In this document: positions 1 through 10,206 of the stretch, piece after piece
How the letters are laid out: every line of letters begins with the position of its first letter
How positions within the stretch are numbered: the stretch's first letter is position 1
Source: Candidatus Daviesbacteria bacterium RIFCSPLOWO2_01_FULL_39_23
GTDB lineage: Bacteria > Patescibacteriota > Microgenomatia > Daviesbacterales > UBA10151
DNA: 64,000 bases
Reading direction: 5' to 3'
Assembly: GCA_001776935.1 (NCBI GenBank)
Contig: MFDN01000008.1
Coordinates: 8,998-72,997 of the forward strand
The notes under the pieces: model-generated
Told to the model about the DNA's origin: nothing
Seen by the model: the letters and a program-made list of their open reading frames with translations, nothing else
The model's database searches: none
Translations under genes and position numbers: made by a program

Positions 1-765
1 TGGGCTCTTTTTTATACGGTTATAATTGCACAGAATTTTAAAATAATATACCCTGTAAGTGAGCCTGCAGTATATATTTTACAAGTGGAAAAGGATTTTC
101 CGGCCCAACTTGCAGGAATTAAAGCGGGAGAAAAACTTCTGGCAATAGATAATCAGCAAATTTCAGATATTGATCAGGCAAGAAATTTTATCCAGACAAA
201 AGATGAAAAACCTTTGACTTTAACCCTTGTGGATATTGATGGTAAAAACAAAAGAGAAATTAGCGTGACTCCTAAAAAGGGAGAAGACGGTAGGGCTTTA
301 ATAGGGGTGGTATTTTCTCCAATTCCTTTCAAGCAGTATCACACTCCCATTGAGAAAATCTTTTCCGGTATTACTTATTCTTATGATTTAACAAAAATTA
401 CGTTTGTGGGATTTGCAAAACTTGTCGGTGATTTAACGACCGGTAATTTTGGACAGGCTTCACAATCTGTAGCCGGGCCGGTGGGGCTTGCTACGGTTAC
501 AAACAGTATCCTCTCAACAGGATGGGAAGCAATTGTTCCATATATTTGGTTTGTGGGAGTAATATCTTTGACACTTGCTATATTTAATGTTTTGCCCATA
601 CCTGCTTTGGATGGAGGCAGGCTTTTGTTTTTGGTAATAGAAGCAGTAGCCCGTAAAAAGGTTAAAGAGGATGTGGAAAAAATGGTGCATCAGGTAGGTT
701 TTATAATATTGATCGCTTTAGCCATACTTGTTACATTTTCAGACATCCGCAAACTCTTGCCTTGA
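1..765 (+). CDS. rseP: RseP-like site-2 (M50) metalloprotease with PDZ domain, 5' truncated by window edge
   Basis: Frame open from base 1; PDZ-like segment (PAQLAGIKAGEKLLAID); C-terminal NVLPIPALDGG motif. Confidence 0.9.
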   Translation, partial: WALFYTVIIAQNFKIIYPVSEPAVYILQVEKDFPAQLAGIKAGEKLLAIDNQQISDIDQARNFIQTKDEKPLTLTLVDIDGKNKREISVTPKKGEDGRALIGVVFSPIPFKQYHTPIEKIFSGITYSYDLTKITFVGFAKLVGDLTTGNFGQASQSVAGPVGLATVTNSILSTGWEAIVPYIWFVGVISLTLAIFNVLPIPALDGGRLLFLVIEAVARKKVKEDVEKMVHQVGFIILIALAILVTFSDIRKLLP

Positions 766-798
766 AGCCTCCAAAGAAGTACCATTAAAACTAAGGAT

Positions 799-2505
799 AT
801 GTTGTATTCAAAACTTTTTGGTAAAACAATTAAAGATGTGCCTAAAGATGCGACGCTTATTTCTCATAAGCTTTTATATAAGGCAGGGTTTATCCGGGAA
901 TCAACAGCCGGCAGATATTACTTATTACCCTTAGGACTTCGCGTTCAGCAAAATATTCAGCAGGTTATAAAAAAAGAAATGGATAAAACTGGTGCCCAAG
1001 AGCTTATCACTCCTGTTTTGCACCCCAAATACTTATGGGAAGAAACTAACCGGACTTCCTCTGTTGGTTTTGAACTGATGAGTATTAAAGATAGAAATGA
1101 AATGGAGTTTGTGTTAGGCGGAACCGCGGAAGAGATGCTGGTTGATTTGGTTAGAAAATTTCAAATTAGTTATAAGGATTTACCCTTTAATTTGTACCAA
1201 TTCTCAGTAAAATTTCGGGATGAACTTCGTGCTCGTGGCGGATTACTTCGGCTTCGTGAATTTGTTATGAAGGATGCATATTCTTTTCATACAAGTGAAG
1301 AAGACTTTAAAGTTGAATACGAAAAAATGAAAAATACTTATACAGCTATTTTTAAGAATATGGGTTTGAATACGGAAGTTGTGGAGTCTGACAATGGGTA
1401 TATCGGCGGCGAATATTGTCATGAATTTGTCGTGGGAAGCGAGATAGGTGAGAGTAAATTTCTGATGGATGAGATGGGGTATTGTGCGCATGAGGACGTA
1501 GCTGTATTTGACCCGGAGAATAAGAATCTGGATGAAATAGAAAAAGAAATGACGGAGGTAGATGCGGTTCGCGGCAATACTATGGAAGACGGAGAAAAGC
1601 TGCATAACCTTCCTTTGTGGCAACAGATGAAGGATGTATTGTATGTGGATGAAAAAGGCAGGTTTATTCTGGCAGTTATCCGGGGAGACCTTGAGGTTAA
1701 TGAAATAAAGCTGATGCATGCAGTTAAGGCTTATCAATTAAGACATGCAACGGAAGATGAGGTACGGCAAAAACTAAACTCAGAACCAGGTTTTATATCT
1801 CCGGTGGGAATTAAAAAACAGGGCGCAGAACTCAAAATAGTTGGTGACGAGTCGCTAAGAACCATAAAAAATGCATATACGGGTGCAAATAAAAAGCATA
1901 AAGACTATCTTAATGTAAATATAGACAGGGATTATAAAGTTGATATGGAGGCAGATATTGCTTTGGCAAAAGAAGGATATCTCTCTAAAAATAAAAAACC
2001 CTTAATTGCGAAAAAAGGGATTGAGGTGGGAAATATTTTTCAGCTTGGGTTCCACTATTCTTCGAAGATGACTGGTGCAAGCTTTCGGGACGTTGACGGC
2101 AAAGAAAAGCCTTATTACATGGGATGTTACGGTATAGGCCTTGCAAGAACTCTTGCAACCGTTGTAGAAGTTTATCATGATGATAAAGGAATTATCTGGC
2201 CGGAGACTGTTGCGCCATTTCAGGTTCATATCGTTGGATTGGATTTGGAAGAAAAGCAAGTTTTAGAAAATGCTAAAAAAGTATATAAATTACTACAAAC
2301 GGAAGGCATAGAAATTTTATTTGATGACAGGATTGGTGTTTCAGCCGGAGCCAAATTTGCAGATGCGGATTTAATAGGCATTCCTTACCGGGTAGTTATT
2401 TCAAAAAAAACCAAAGATCAATTAGAAGTCAAAAAAAGATCAGAAAAAGAAACGAAATTTGTTTCATTTGAAGAATTTCTGAAGATTTTACAATTTTCTC
2501 ATTGA
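799..2505 (+). CDS. proS: Prolyl-tRNA synthetase with editing insertion
   Basis: SHKLLYKAGFIR, FRDELRARGGLLRLREFVMKDAYSF, MGCYGIG; C-terminal anticodon-binding domain. Confidence 0.97.
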   Translation: MLYSKLFGKTIKDVPKDATLISHKLLYKAGFIRESTAGRYYLLPLGLRVQQNIQQVIKKEMDKTGAQELITPVLHPKYLWEETNRTSSVGFELMSIKDRNEMEFVLGGTAEEMLVDLVRKFQISYKDLPFNLYQFSVKFRDELRARGGLLRLREFVMKDAYSFHTSEEDFKVEYEKMKNTYTAIFKNMGLNTEVVESDNGYIGGEYCHEFVVGSEIGESKFLMDEMGYCAHEDVAVFDPENKNLDEIEKEMTEVDAVRGNTMEDGEKLHNLPLWQQMKDVLYVDEKGRFILAVIRGDLEVNEIKLMHAVKAYQLRHATEDEVRQKLNSEPGFISPVGIKKQGAELKIVGDESLRTIKNAYTGANKKHKDYLNVNIDRDYKVDMEADIALAKEGYLSKNKKPLIAKKGIEVGNIFQLGFHYSSKMTGASFRDVDGKEKPYYMGCYGIGLARTLATVVEVYHDDKGIIWPETVAPFQVHIVGLDLEEKQVLENAKKVYKLLQTEGIEILFDDRIGVSAGAKFADADLIGIPYRVVISKKTKDQLEVKKRSEKETKFVSFEEFLKILQFSH

Positions 2506-2540
2506 TTTTCACCCCATTTTCTGGTAAATTACTCCTTTAG

Positions 2541-2655
2541 TGTCATCCTGATCCGCCAGTAACTGCATAGCTGTGGGCGGAGAAGGATCTCTTACGAATG
2601 TAAGGTACCTTAAACAAGTTAGGAGATTCTTCGTCGCAGACTCCTCAGAATGACA
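2541..2655. repeat. REP/MITE-like palindromic element, copy 1
   Basis: Terminal IR TGTCATCCTGA/TCAGAATGACA; inner IR GAAGGATCTC/GAGATTCTTC; first 51 bp match 33526-33576 at 47/51. Confidence 0.85.
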
Positions 2656-2663
2656 GAAAATAT

Positions 2664-3770
2664 ATGATTACTAAAAATATTGTCAAACAGCCAAAATCTA
2701 TAGTTGAAGTTACAGTCACAGTTCTCTGGGGTGATGTCCAAACTATGTGGGATCAAACGCTTTCTAAAATGGCTGGCGAGGTTGAGCTTCCGGGATTTCG
2801 GAAAGGCGCTGCTCCTTTGCCAATGGTTGAGTCTCAGCTGGGAACCAAGCTTCAGGATGAGGTTTTAAAAGCTGCAATGCCCAATTTTTTGATTGAAGCC
2901 TTAAAAGGCACAGATATTGTCCCTATAGATTATCCAAAATATGATTTAATTGCTTTTACAAAAGGTCAAACAATCCAATTTAAAGCAACAATTACAAACA
3001 AGCCTCAAGTTGTTGTGGGTAATTACAAAGGCATTAAAGTGACAAGAACGGCTCCTAAGCCTGTTGTGGAAGAAGAAGTGCAAAAAATTATTGATGATTT
3101 GTATAAAAGATGGAAAGCTAAGCAGTCTTCAGCTGTCAGTCTTCAGTCTTCAGCCACACAAAATCAAAATACAACAGGACAAACAGGATCAATCAGCTTT
3201 CAAGGGGGTCAAACTCAAACGCAAACACCTGCCAACGGTCAAACTGAAGGCCCGGATGATGTTTTTGCCAAAGCCATGGGAGCTTTATCTTTGTCTGATT
3301 TAAAAACTAAAGTCCGTAAAGATTTAGAATCAAATGTATCCTACAACAATGAATTGGATTACGAGGAAGCAATTTTGCAGGAAGTTGAAAAAATAACCAC
3401 GGTAGAACTGCCGGAAATATTAATTGGCGATGAGCTAAACAGAATGCTTGTTTCATTGCAAAGACGGGTTGCGGATATGGGACTATTGCTTGAAGATTAT
3501 TTAAAAAGTCAGGGTAAGACTTTAGAACAACTCAAAGACGAATGGAGAGTGCAGGCTGAGAAAAATGTCAGGATGGAGCTTGGGCTTGCAGAAATTGCCC
3601 GATCAGAAAATGTGACCATAACAGATGAGGAATTAAAAGCGGAAATTGATAAAATCCAGGATGCCAAAGTAAAAGCGCAATTTGAGGCACAGGAACCAAG
3701 ATTACATTTAAGGCATGCTTTGAGACAAACCCGCACGCTGGATCTTCTTAAAAAGATGGTTGGAGGGTAA
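2664..3770 (+). CDS. tig: Trigger factor, apparently lacking the FKBP/PPIase domain
   Basis: Ribosome-binding motif LPGFRKGAAP; C-terminal SurA-like domain; middle region is a Q/T/G-rich linker. Confidence 0.9.
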   Translation: MITKNIVKQPKSIVEVTVTVLWGDVQTMWDQTLSKMAGEVELPGFRKGAAPLPMVESQLGTKLQDEVLKAAMPNFLIEALKGTDIVPIDYPKYDLIAFTKGQTIQFKATITNKPQVVVGNYKGIKVTRTAPKPVVEEEVQKIIDDLYKRWKAKQSSAVSLQSSATQNQNTTGQTGSISFQGGQTQTQTPANGQTEGPDDVFAKAMGALSLSDLKTKVRKDLESNVSYNNELDYEEAILQEVEKITTVELPEILIGDELNRMLVSLQRRVADMGLLLEDYLKSQGKTLEQLKDEWRVQAEKNVRMELGLAEIARSENVTITDEELKAEIDKIQDAKVKAQFEAQEPRLHLRHALRQTRTLDLLKKMVGG

Positions 3771-3772
3771 AA

Positions 3773-4105
3773 ATGGATAGTTGCCTTTTTTGCAAAATTA
3801 TCAAAAAAGAGCTTCCGGCAAAATTTATCTTTGAATCGGAAAATGCGGTGGCTTTTCCGGATATTAACCCTTCGGCAGAGGTTCATATTTTAATTGTTCC
3901 TAAAGGACATATCGGCGGGGTGCAGGATTTGGATAAAGAAAGCGGGGGTTTGCTCGCAGAAATTTACTTGGTAGCTAATCAGTTAGTAAAGCAGTATAAT
4001 TTAGAGGATAGTTTGTACCGTGTGGTGGTGAATGGCGGTAAGGCTCAGCATGTGCCTCATTTGCATTTCCATCTATTGGGCGGTAATTTGAACAAGTTAG
4101 TTTGA
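3773..4105 (+). CDS. HIT family nucleotide-binding protein
   Basis: CLFCKII start and HLHFHLLGG histidine triad. Confidence 0.95.
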   Translation: MDSCLFCKIIKKELPAKFIFESENAVAFPDINPSAEVHILIVPKGHIGGVQDLDKESGGLLAEIYLVANQLVKQYNLEDSLYRVVVNGGKAQHVPHLHFHLLGGNLNKLV

Positions 4106-4163
4106 TAAATAAAATTTTAACTGGACAATTTTGTCCGAACACAAAAAGGAGGTGTTTTTTTTC

Positions 4164-4358
4164 TTGATTATTGTAAAAGCCGGTCCGGGTGATAATACCG
4201 ATTCGGTTATTAGAAAATTTCAAAAAAGAGCTATTGCAGAAGGAAGAGTGCAGGAAATAAGAGACAGATCAGTTTACAGAAAACCTTCTGAGCTTCGTCA
4301 GGAATATTTGGCAGAAAAGCGCAGAAAGATTATGCGTGCCAGAAGATATAGCAGGTAA
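4164..4358 (+). CDS. rpsU: 30S ribosomal protein bS21
   Basis: DSVIRKFQKR...YRKPSE motif; AAAGGAGGTG SD before in-frame TTG at 4164; precedes yqeY as usual. Confidence 0.88.
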   Translation: MIIVKAGPGDNTDSVIRKFQKRAIAEGRVQEIRDRSVYRKPSELRQEYLAEKRRKIMRARRYSR

Positions 4359-4372
4359 AAGCCTTTTTATAT

Positions 4373-4813
4373 ATGTTATTGGGTACAATACAAACTGATT
4401 TAAAAAATGCGCAACTTGCCCGTGATGAGGTGAAAGTTTCCGCCTTAAGGATGCTCCTTTCTGAAATTCATAATATGAATATTCAAAAAGGAGGCGAGTT
4501 GTCTGATGCTGAGGTAGTATCGATTGTGCAGAGGGAGGTCAAAAAGCGCAAAGAAGCAGCAGCAGGATTTAGATCAGGCGATAGAGAAGCTTCAGCAAAG
4601 AAGGAAGAGGCAGAGCTTGAAGTGCTGATGGTCTATCTTCCTGCCCAATTATCAACTGAGGAATTGACTAAAATCATAGTGGAGTCTATAAATGAAACTG
4701 GTGCAGTTTCAATAAGCGATATGGGAAAAGTGATAGGATCAGTTATGGGTAAAGTTGCAGGCCGGGCAGATGGGGGAACAGTCAGCGCTTTGGTTAAAGA
4801 AAAGTTGTCCTAA
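4373..4813 (+). CDS. yqeY: GatB/YqeY domain protein
   Basis: REVKKRKEAA, YLPAQLS, DMGKVIGSVM, GRADG motifs. Confidence 0.93.
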   Translation: MLLGTIQTDLKNAQLARDEVKVSALRMLLSEIHNMNIQKGGELSDAEVVSIVQREVKKRKEAAAGFRSGDREASAKKEEAELEVLMVYLPAQLSTEELTKIIVESINETGAVSISDMGKVIGSVMGKVAGRADGGTVSALVKEKLS

Positions 4814-4842
4814 ACGAAATAAAAGGAGAAAGGTCCAAAAAT

Positions 4843-5256
4843 ATGGTGAATATTATTGTAAACGCTGATCCAAGATATAATGTTAATAAGGAAGGTATAA
4901 AAGCAGTAGTTTCAAGGGTGCTTACCAGGCTGCGTATTTCCGGGAAAATAGAATTGGGAGTTAATGTTATCGGTGACAGGAAAATGCATGAGCTTAACAG
5001 GAAATATAGAGGTTTAGATCAGACGACTAATGTCTTATCTTTTGCTTTAGAAGATACAAATCCTGAAAGCCTGCAACATATCCCCAGGATTGGTTTTGTG
5101 GCAGCGCCTGATAAATGGCTTCGTTTGGGCGACATAATAATTTCTTATCCGCAGGCTTTGGAAGATGCTTCAATGGATGGTATTTCGGTTGATGAGGAGA
5201 TCAGAACTTTAGTGGAGCATGGAATGAATCACCTGCTGGGAATTCACCACACTTAA
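4843..5256 (+). CDS. ybeY: rRNA maturation endoribonuclease YbeY
   Basis: LNRKYRG..TNVLSF, LGDIIIS, HGMNHLLGIHH metal motif. Confidence 0.93.
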   Translation: MVNIIVNADPRYNVNKEGIKAVVSRVLTRLRISGKIELGVNVIGDRKMHELNRKYRGLDQTTNVLSFALEDTNPESLQHIPRIGFVAAPDKWLRLGDIIISYPQALEDASMDGISVDEEIRTLVEHGMNHLLGIHHT

Positions 5257-6914
5257 TGTCTAACAATTTTGCTTTCTATTTAAAGTACCGCCCGCAGGTT
5301 CTTGATGAGCTGATTGGCCAGGAAGCTGTTAAGAAAACACTTCTTTCATCTTTTCAAAATAATAAACTGTCTCATGCGTATCTTTTTGTGGGCCCGCGCG
5401 GTACAGGTAAAACTTCAACAGCCAGGATTTTGGCAAAGATGGTTAATTGCGAAATGGCTTTTAGCGATTTGCCGTTGGCTGTTGGCAATGAAAAAGCGAA
5501 TAGCCAAAAGCTAACAGCCAGTAGCGAAATTCCATGCAACAAATGCGCTACCTGTTTATCAATTACAGATGGAAGCAATATGGATCTGATTGAAATTGAT
5601 GCTGCATCAAACAGAGGCATAGAAGATATCCGGTCTTTGCGTGATAAAATTAAATTGTCTCCAACCACCGGCAAAAAGAAAGTTTATATCATTGATGAAG
5701 TTCATATGCTGACTCCGGAGGCATTTAATGCCCTTTTAAAAACTTTGGAAGAACCTCCTGCTCATGCTTTGTTTGTATTGGCTACGACCGAAGCATCCAA
5801 GTTGCCTCAAACAATTCTTTCGCGGGTTCAAAGATTGGATTTTAAATTAGCAGAGTCTCAAGAGCTGGAGGAAGCCTTAAAAAAAATTATAAAAAGCGAA
5901 AAGGTGGAGATTGATGAAGAGGCTTTAAAAATTATTGCAAAAAAGGCAGAAGGTTCTTTTAGGGACGGAGTGAAGCTATTGGATCAGCTTGCTTCAATGG
6001 GAGAAAAAATCACCGTAAAGTTTGTAAGCGATAATTTTAGGTCATCGCAGTTTGAAAATATTTTAGATTTAATAAAAAATTTAAAAAATAAAAATGTTTC
6101 CGGAGGATTATTAAGTATCGGAAGACAAATAGAAAGCGGCGTAGATATAAAACAATTACTGCTTTCTTTGATGGATATTTTAAGAAGCTTAGTGCTTATA
6201 AAAAACGGCGTTGGTAAACAGTTGGTGAAAGGGTTGACTCAGGATAAATATACCGAGCTGGAAACTCTTGCAGAAGGTTTTGAAAATCATGATTTAATCA
6301 AAGATTTGGATATTCTGCAGCATGCCCTGGAGAAATTAAAATTTACTTCTATTCCTTCTCTGCCGCTGGAACTGGGTGTGGTTGAAATGTGCAATTCCAA
6401 AAATAAACCGTTGGACTATTTTCCTTTGGAAAAGAAACTGAGAGATTCTTCACCGGCAAAGCCGGTTCAGAATGACAATATAGAAGCTGCAGCTAATGAA
6501 CCAAAAGCTCAGGATTCTAATACTTTGAGTGCCGATGAGGTGCCGGCTGTTGATACTGCAGACTCCGATATTTTAAAACTAAAAGAAAAATGGACTTTTG
6601 TTTTAGAGACAGTCCGTTCTTTTAATTTTTCTTTGGAGGCACTTTTGCGGGTTATCAATATTAAAGAATGCACCCCGACTTCTGTTGTATTGGAGGTGCC
6701 GTATTCTTTTCACCAGCGGATTTTGGAAGCTCCAAAAAATAGGGATCTTATAGAGGGAGTATTTTCTGATATTTTAGGAAGAAGCATAAGGATATCTACA
6801 AAGCTGGGGAGCCGTTTGCCAAAAACGGAAGACGTTGCCAATATAGAAGTGGCGCAGGATGATGAAATTATAAAAGCAGCAGCAGAAATTTTTAATTCAG
6901 ATTCTATAAATTAA
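5256..6914 (+). CDS. dnaX: DNA polymerase III subunit gamma/tau
   Basis: KYRPQ, GPRGTGKTS, EIDAASNRG, IIDEVHML, NALLKTLEEPP. Confidence 0.97.
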   Translation: MSNNFAFYLKYRPQVLDELIGQEAVKKTLLSSFQNNKLSHAYLFVGPRGTGKTSTARILAKMVNCEMAFSDLPLAVGNEKANSQKLTASSEIPCNKCATCLSITDGSNMDLIEIDAASNRGIEDIRSLRDKIKLSPTTGKKKVYIIDEVHMLTPEAFNALLKTLEEPPAHALFVLATTEASKLPQTILSRVQRLDFKLAESQELEEALKKIIKSEKVEIDEEALKIIAKKAEGSFRDGVKLLDQLASMGEKITVKFVSDNFRSSQFENILDLIKNLKNKNVSGGLLSIGRQIESGVDIKQLLLSLMDILRSLVLIKNGVGKQLVKGLTQDKYTELETLAEGFENHDLIKDLDILQHALEKLKFTSIPSLPLELGVVEMCNSKNKPLDYFPLEKKLRDSSPAKPVQNDNIEAAANEPKAQDSNTLSADEVPAVDTADSDILKLKEKWTFVLETVRSFNFSLEALLRVINIKECTPTSVVLEVPYSFHQRILEAPKNRDLIEGVFSDILGRSIRISTKLGSRLPKTEDVANIEVAQDDEIIKAAAEIFNSDSIN

Positions 6915-6966
6915 TAGATTTCCCCTTGACAAAAAATATCTTCTAGTTAACAATACTTACATCTTT

Positions 6967-8256
6967 ATGGCATCGAAAGTTTTTAAATTAATAGCAGAAG
7001 AAGCTCATCGTCAAAAATACGGCCTTGAGATGATCCCCTCGGAAAATTATGTTTCTGAAAATGTTTTAAAAGCTTTGGGTTCAATACTTACTAATAAATA
7101 CTCTGAAGGTTTCCCCGGAAGAAGATATTACGGCGGCAATGAAGTAATCGATAAAATTGAAAATTATGCGGTAGAATTAGCCAAAAAGCTCTTTAAAGTT
7201 CCGGCTGCTTTTGTGCAAGCTTATTCAGGTTCTCCGGCAAATCAGGCTGTCACTATGGCTGTTTGCGAGCCCGGGGATGTGGTAATGGGATTGTCTCTTT
7301 CATCAGGAGGTCATTTAACTCATGGTGCAAAGCTCAGTTTTTCAAGCCTTTTTTACAAGGCAGTTAATTACTCTGTCGGTGAAGATTGGAAAATTGATTT
7401 TGATGAATTGGAAGAACTTGCTAAAAAACATAAGCCAAAATTAATTTGGGCCGGTACCACTGCTTATCCTTTTAAATTAGATTATAAAAAATTCAAGAAA
7501 ATTGCCGATGAAGTAGGGGCTACGCTGGTTGCAGATTGTTCTCACATTACTGGCTTAATTATTGGCGGAGTCCATCAGTCACCGGTACCTTACGTTGATA
7601 TTATTATGACTACAACTCATAAAACTTTAAGAGGGCCAAGAGGAGCAATAATTCTGGTGACAGAACGGGGACTTAAAAAAGACCCGGAAATAAAATCTAA
7701 AATTGAGAGGGCAATTATCCCAGGGTTACAAGGAGGACCTCATAATCACCAAACAGCAGCGATTGCTGTAAGTTTGGAAGAAGCACTAAAGCCATCCTTT
7801 AAAAAATATGCAGTTCAAGTTGCTGAAAATGCAAAAATTTTGGCAAAAGAATTGGGTACGGTTTCGGAAACCCATCTGGTGCTTTTAAGTTTAACTAAAT
7901 ACGGATATGGATTAGGTTATCAGGCGCAATACGCTTTAGAGGAAGCGGGAATTACTGTCAATAAAAATACTATACCCGGAGAACCGGCATCTCCATTTTA
8001 TCCTTCAGGAATTAGATTGGGTACGCCAGCTTTAACTACCCGGGGGATGAAAGAAAAAGATATGGTAAAAGTTGCGGGTTGGATAAAAAGAGTTTTAGAA
8101 GAAATTAAGGGATTGGATTTGCCGAAAGAACAGGATAAAAGAAAAGATTTCTTAAAAGAAGTTAAGGTGAAATTGGCCAAAAATAAGAATTTGAAGACTA
8201 TAAAAGCAGAAATTGAAAGATTTGCCGGTAAATTCCCGGTACCCGGAATCCGATGA
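6967..8256 (+). CDS. glyA: Serine hydroxymethyltransferase
   Basis: IPSENY, NKYSEGFPGRRYYGG, TTTHKTLRGPRG, SGIRLGTPALTTRG. Confidence 0.97.
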   Translation: MASKVFKLIAEEAHRQKYGLEMIPSENYVSENVLKALGSILTNKYSEGFPGRRYYGGNEVIDKIENYAVELAKKLFKVPAAFVQAYSGSPANQAVTMAVCEPGDVVMGLSLSSGGHLTHGAKLSFSSLFYKAVNYSVGEDWKIDFDELEELAKKHKPKLIWAGTTAYPFKLDYKKFKKIADEVGATLVADCSHITGLIIGGVHQSPVPYVDIIMTTTHKTLRGPRGAIILVTERGLKKDPEIKSKIERAIIPGLQGGPHNHQTAAIAVSLEEALKPSFKKYAVQVAENAKILAKELGTVSETHLVLLSLTKYGYGLGYQAQYALEEAGITVNKNTIPGEPASPFYPSGIRLGTPALTTRGMKEKDMVKVAGWIKRVLEEIKGLDLPKEQDKRKDFLKEVKVKLAKNKNLKTIKAEIERFAGKFPVPGIR

Positions 8257-9089
8257 AAATCAGCGGAAAAGAAGTTGCAGATGCCATTGCAAAAAAGCTT
8301 CAGGAAGAAGTAAAATCCTTAAAAGTTAAACCGGTTTTAGCAATCGTTTTAGCAGGCGATAACCCTGCCTCCAGAATTTATGTAAGAAATAAAATCAAAA
8401 GGGCGGAAGAAATTGGGGTTACAGCAGAGCTTTTTGAATTTTCTAAAGATCAATTTGATGAGTGTTTGGAAAAAATACAGGAATTAAATCAGGACCCGAA
8501 AACGCATGGAATTATTATTCAGTTTCCCATATTTGAAGGATGGAATTTTGAGGAACTGATAACAAAAGTAGATCCCCAAAAAGATGTGGACGGGTTTTTA
8601 CCTAACTCGTCATTCAGAGGAGCCACTGCTTTAGGGGTTTGGGAAATGCTTACTGCTTTTGCCTTAGAAGAAGGTTTTTTAACTACAGAAGAATTTTTAA
8701 AAGATAAAAATATTGCACTTTTGGGAAAAGGAAAAACCGCAGGGGGCCCTACCAGAGATTTATTAAAGGAAAAAAATATCCAATTTAGCCTAATTGATTC
8801 CAAAACTATAAACCCTGATGAAATAATTAAAAATGCAGATGTGATAATTTCTGCAACCGGCAAAAAAAATATTATCGCAGGAGAAAAAATTAAAGAGGGA
8901 AGTTTTGTAATTGGGGTGGGAGTAGGTAAAGAAAAAGTGAATGATGAAGAGAAAATTTTTGGCGATATTGAAGAGCAGTCAGTTTCTCAAAAAGCAAAAC
9001 TATATTGTCCGACCATTGGCGGAATTGGGCCTTTGACAATTGTGTGTCTTTTAAGAAATGTGGTAAAATTAGTAGAAGGAAAAATATAA
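8253..9089 (+). CDS. folD: Methylenetetrahydrofolate dehydrogenase/cyclohydrolase
   Basis: PASRIYVRNK, KDVDG, GGIGPLT motifs; overlaps the glyA stop. Confidence 0.93.
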   Translation: MKISGKEVADAIAKKLQEEVKSLKVKPVLAIVLAGDNPASRIYVRNKIKRAEEIGVTAELFEFSKDQFDECLEKIQELNQDPKTHGIIIQFPIFEGWNFEELITKVDPQKDVDGFLPNSSFRGATALGVWEMLTAFALEEGFLTTEEFLKDKNIALLGKGKTAGGPTRDLLKEKNIQFSLIDSKTINPDEIIKNADVIISATGKKNIIAGEKIKEGSFVIGVGVGKEKVNDEEKIFGDIEEQSVSQKAKLYCPTIGGIGPLTIVCLLRNVVKLVEGKI

Positions 9090-9090
9090 T

Positions 9091-9369
9091 ATGGGATTCA
9101 TGGATAATTTAAAACAACTGGGTGATTTAAAGAAAATGCGCGACCAGGCTATGGAAATGCAGAAAAAACTGGCGCAGATTAAAATCACCATTGAGCATAA
9201 AGGCGTAACAGTAGTGATGACTGCGGATCAAAAGGTTCAATCAATCTCCGGTGATATGGATCCGCAAAAAGTCACGGAAGCAGTTAATGAAGCCTTAAAA
9301 CAATCGCAAAAAGTAGCCGCAGAAGAAATGAAACCCCTAATGGGCGGCATGGGTATTCCCGGAATGTAA
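9091..9369 (+). CDS. ybaB: YbaB/EbfC nucleoid-associated protein
   Basis: QAMEMQKKL...VTVVM...AVNEALKQ...MGGMGIPGM; lies between dnaX and recR. Confidence 0.85.
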   Translation: MGFMDNLKQLGDLKKMRDQAMEMQKKLAQIKITIEHKGVTVVMTADQKVQSISGDMDPQKVTEAVNEALKQSQKVAAEEMKPLMGGMGIPGM

Positions 9370-10152
9370 ATGGTAGACCAATTATCTGAGCATCCGCTGC
9401 CGGGAAAGTGGAAAGAGGAAACTTTTCATCACAAAGCAGATTTATTTGCTTGGGACGCCTTAGATTTTTTGGCAAAAAGCGGGTTTTTCATCTTCGGAGA
9501 AAAGCTAAAAGAAGGAACTGATTCCAATCAAGTTCGGCTGAATTTAACCGCGGTTCAATCGCAGGCTTTTCAACTATTGTATACATCCGTACTTAGCGAA
9601 GCTATGATCAGAAATGCCCGTCAGGAGGATAACCCTGTTAACAGGCCGCACATAAGTGAAAGGGTTTATGAGGCAAGCGGTGAAATCCCCGGCAAAGCTC
9701 CCGCTACTATTGCTGCTATTTCCAGATTACATCTATTTTGGGATACAGCTGAACAGCAACCGTGGAAGTTTTACTTTGAGGGTGAAGTCAGTCCCGGTAC
9801 ACATAATAAAAAAGAAATTCCGGAAGTTTTCTTTATGGTTTCGCAGGGTCCGATTAAAACTCAATCTCAAGTAGTAAATTTATACGGCGGCCGTTTTGAC
9901 GTGGAAAATAATATCAAAGTGTCTTATGATTATTTAGACGATAGAAGGATTTGCAAAACTGAAGTGGTGATTGGCGGCGACCAAAAGGAGGTAAGCGTAT
10001 ATACGCATAGATTAATCGGTTCTATGGGTAATGAATATTTTATTTACGGATGCAATTACAATCAGCCTGTTTCATCTACGGAGGTTTCTGTTGAAACTCC
10101 AATTAGCGGGATAGATGGTGTGAGCATTTCGGGGAGAACCCCGGTAAGATAA
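9370..10152 (+). CDS. Hypothetical protein
   Basis: 260-aa ORF abutting the ybaB stop; no motif recognised. Confidence 0.7.
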   Translation: MVDQLSEHPLPGKWKEETFHHKADLFAWDALDFLAKSGFFIFGEKLKEGTDSNQVRLNLTAVQSQAFQLLYTSVLSEAMIRNARQEDNPVNRPHISERVYEASGEIPGKAPATIAAISRLHLFWDTAEQQPWKFYFEGEVSPGTHNKKEIPEVFFMVSQGPIKTQSQVVNLYGGRFDVENNIKVSYDYLDDRRICKTEVVIGGDQKEVSVYTHRLIGSMGNEYFIYGCNYNQPVSSTEVSVETPISGIDGVSISGRTPVR

Positions 10153-10206
10153 AAATTATCCCGGAGGTAGTAAAATGATTTTGGTAGTGCTAAAATTAGC
10201 TTCATT

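Noticed and set aside
1243-1737. Long antisense ORFs such as this one and 30023-30382
   Set aside because: Shadows of well-supported genes on the opposite strand.
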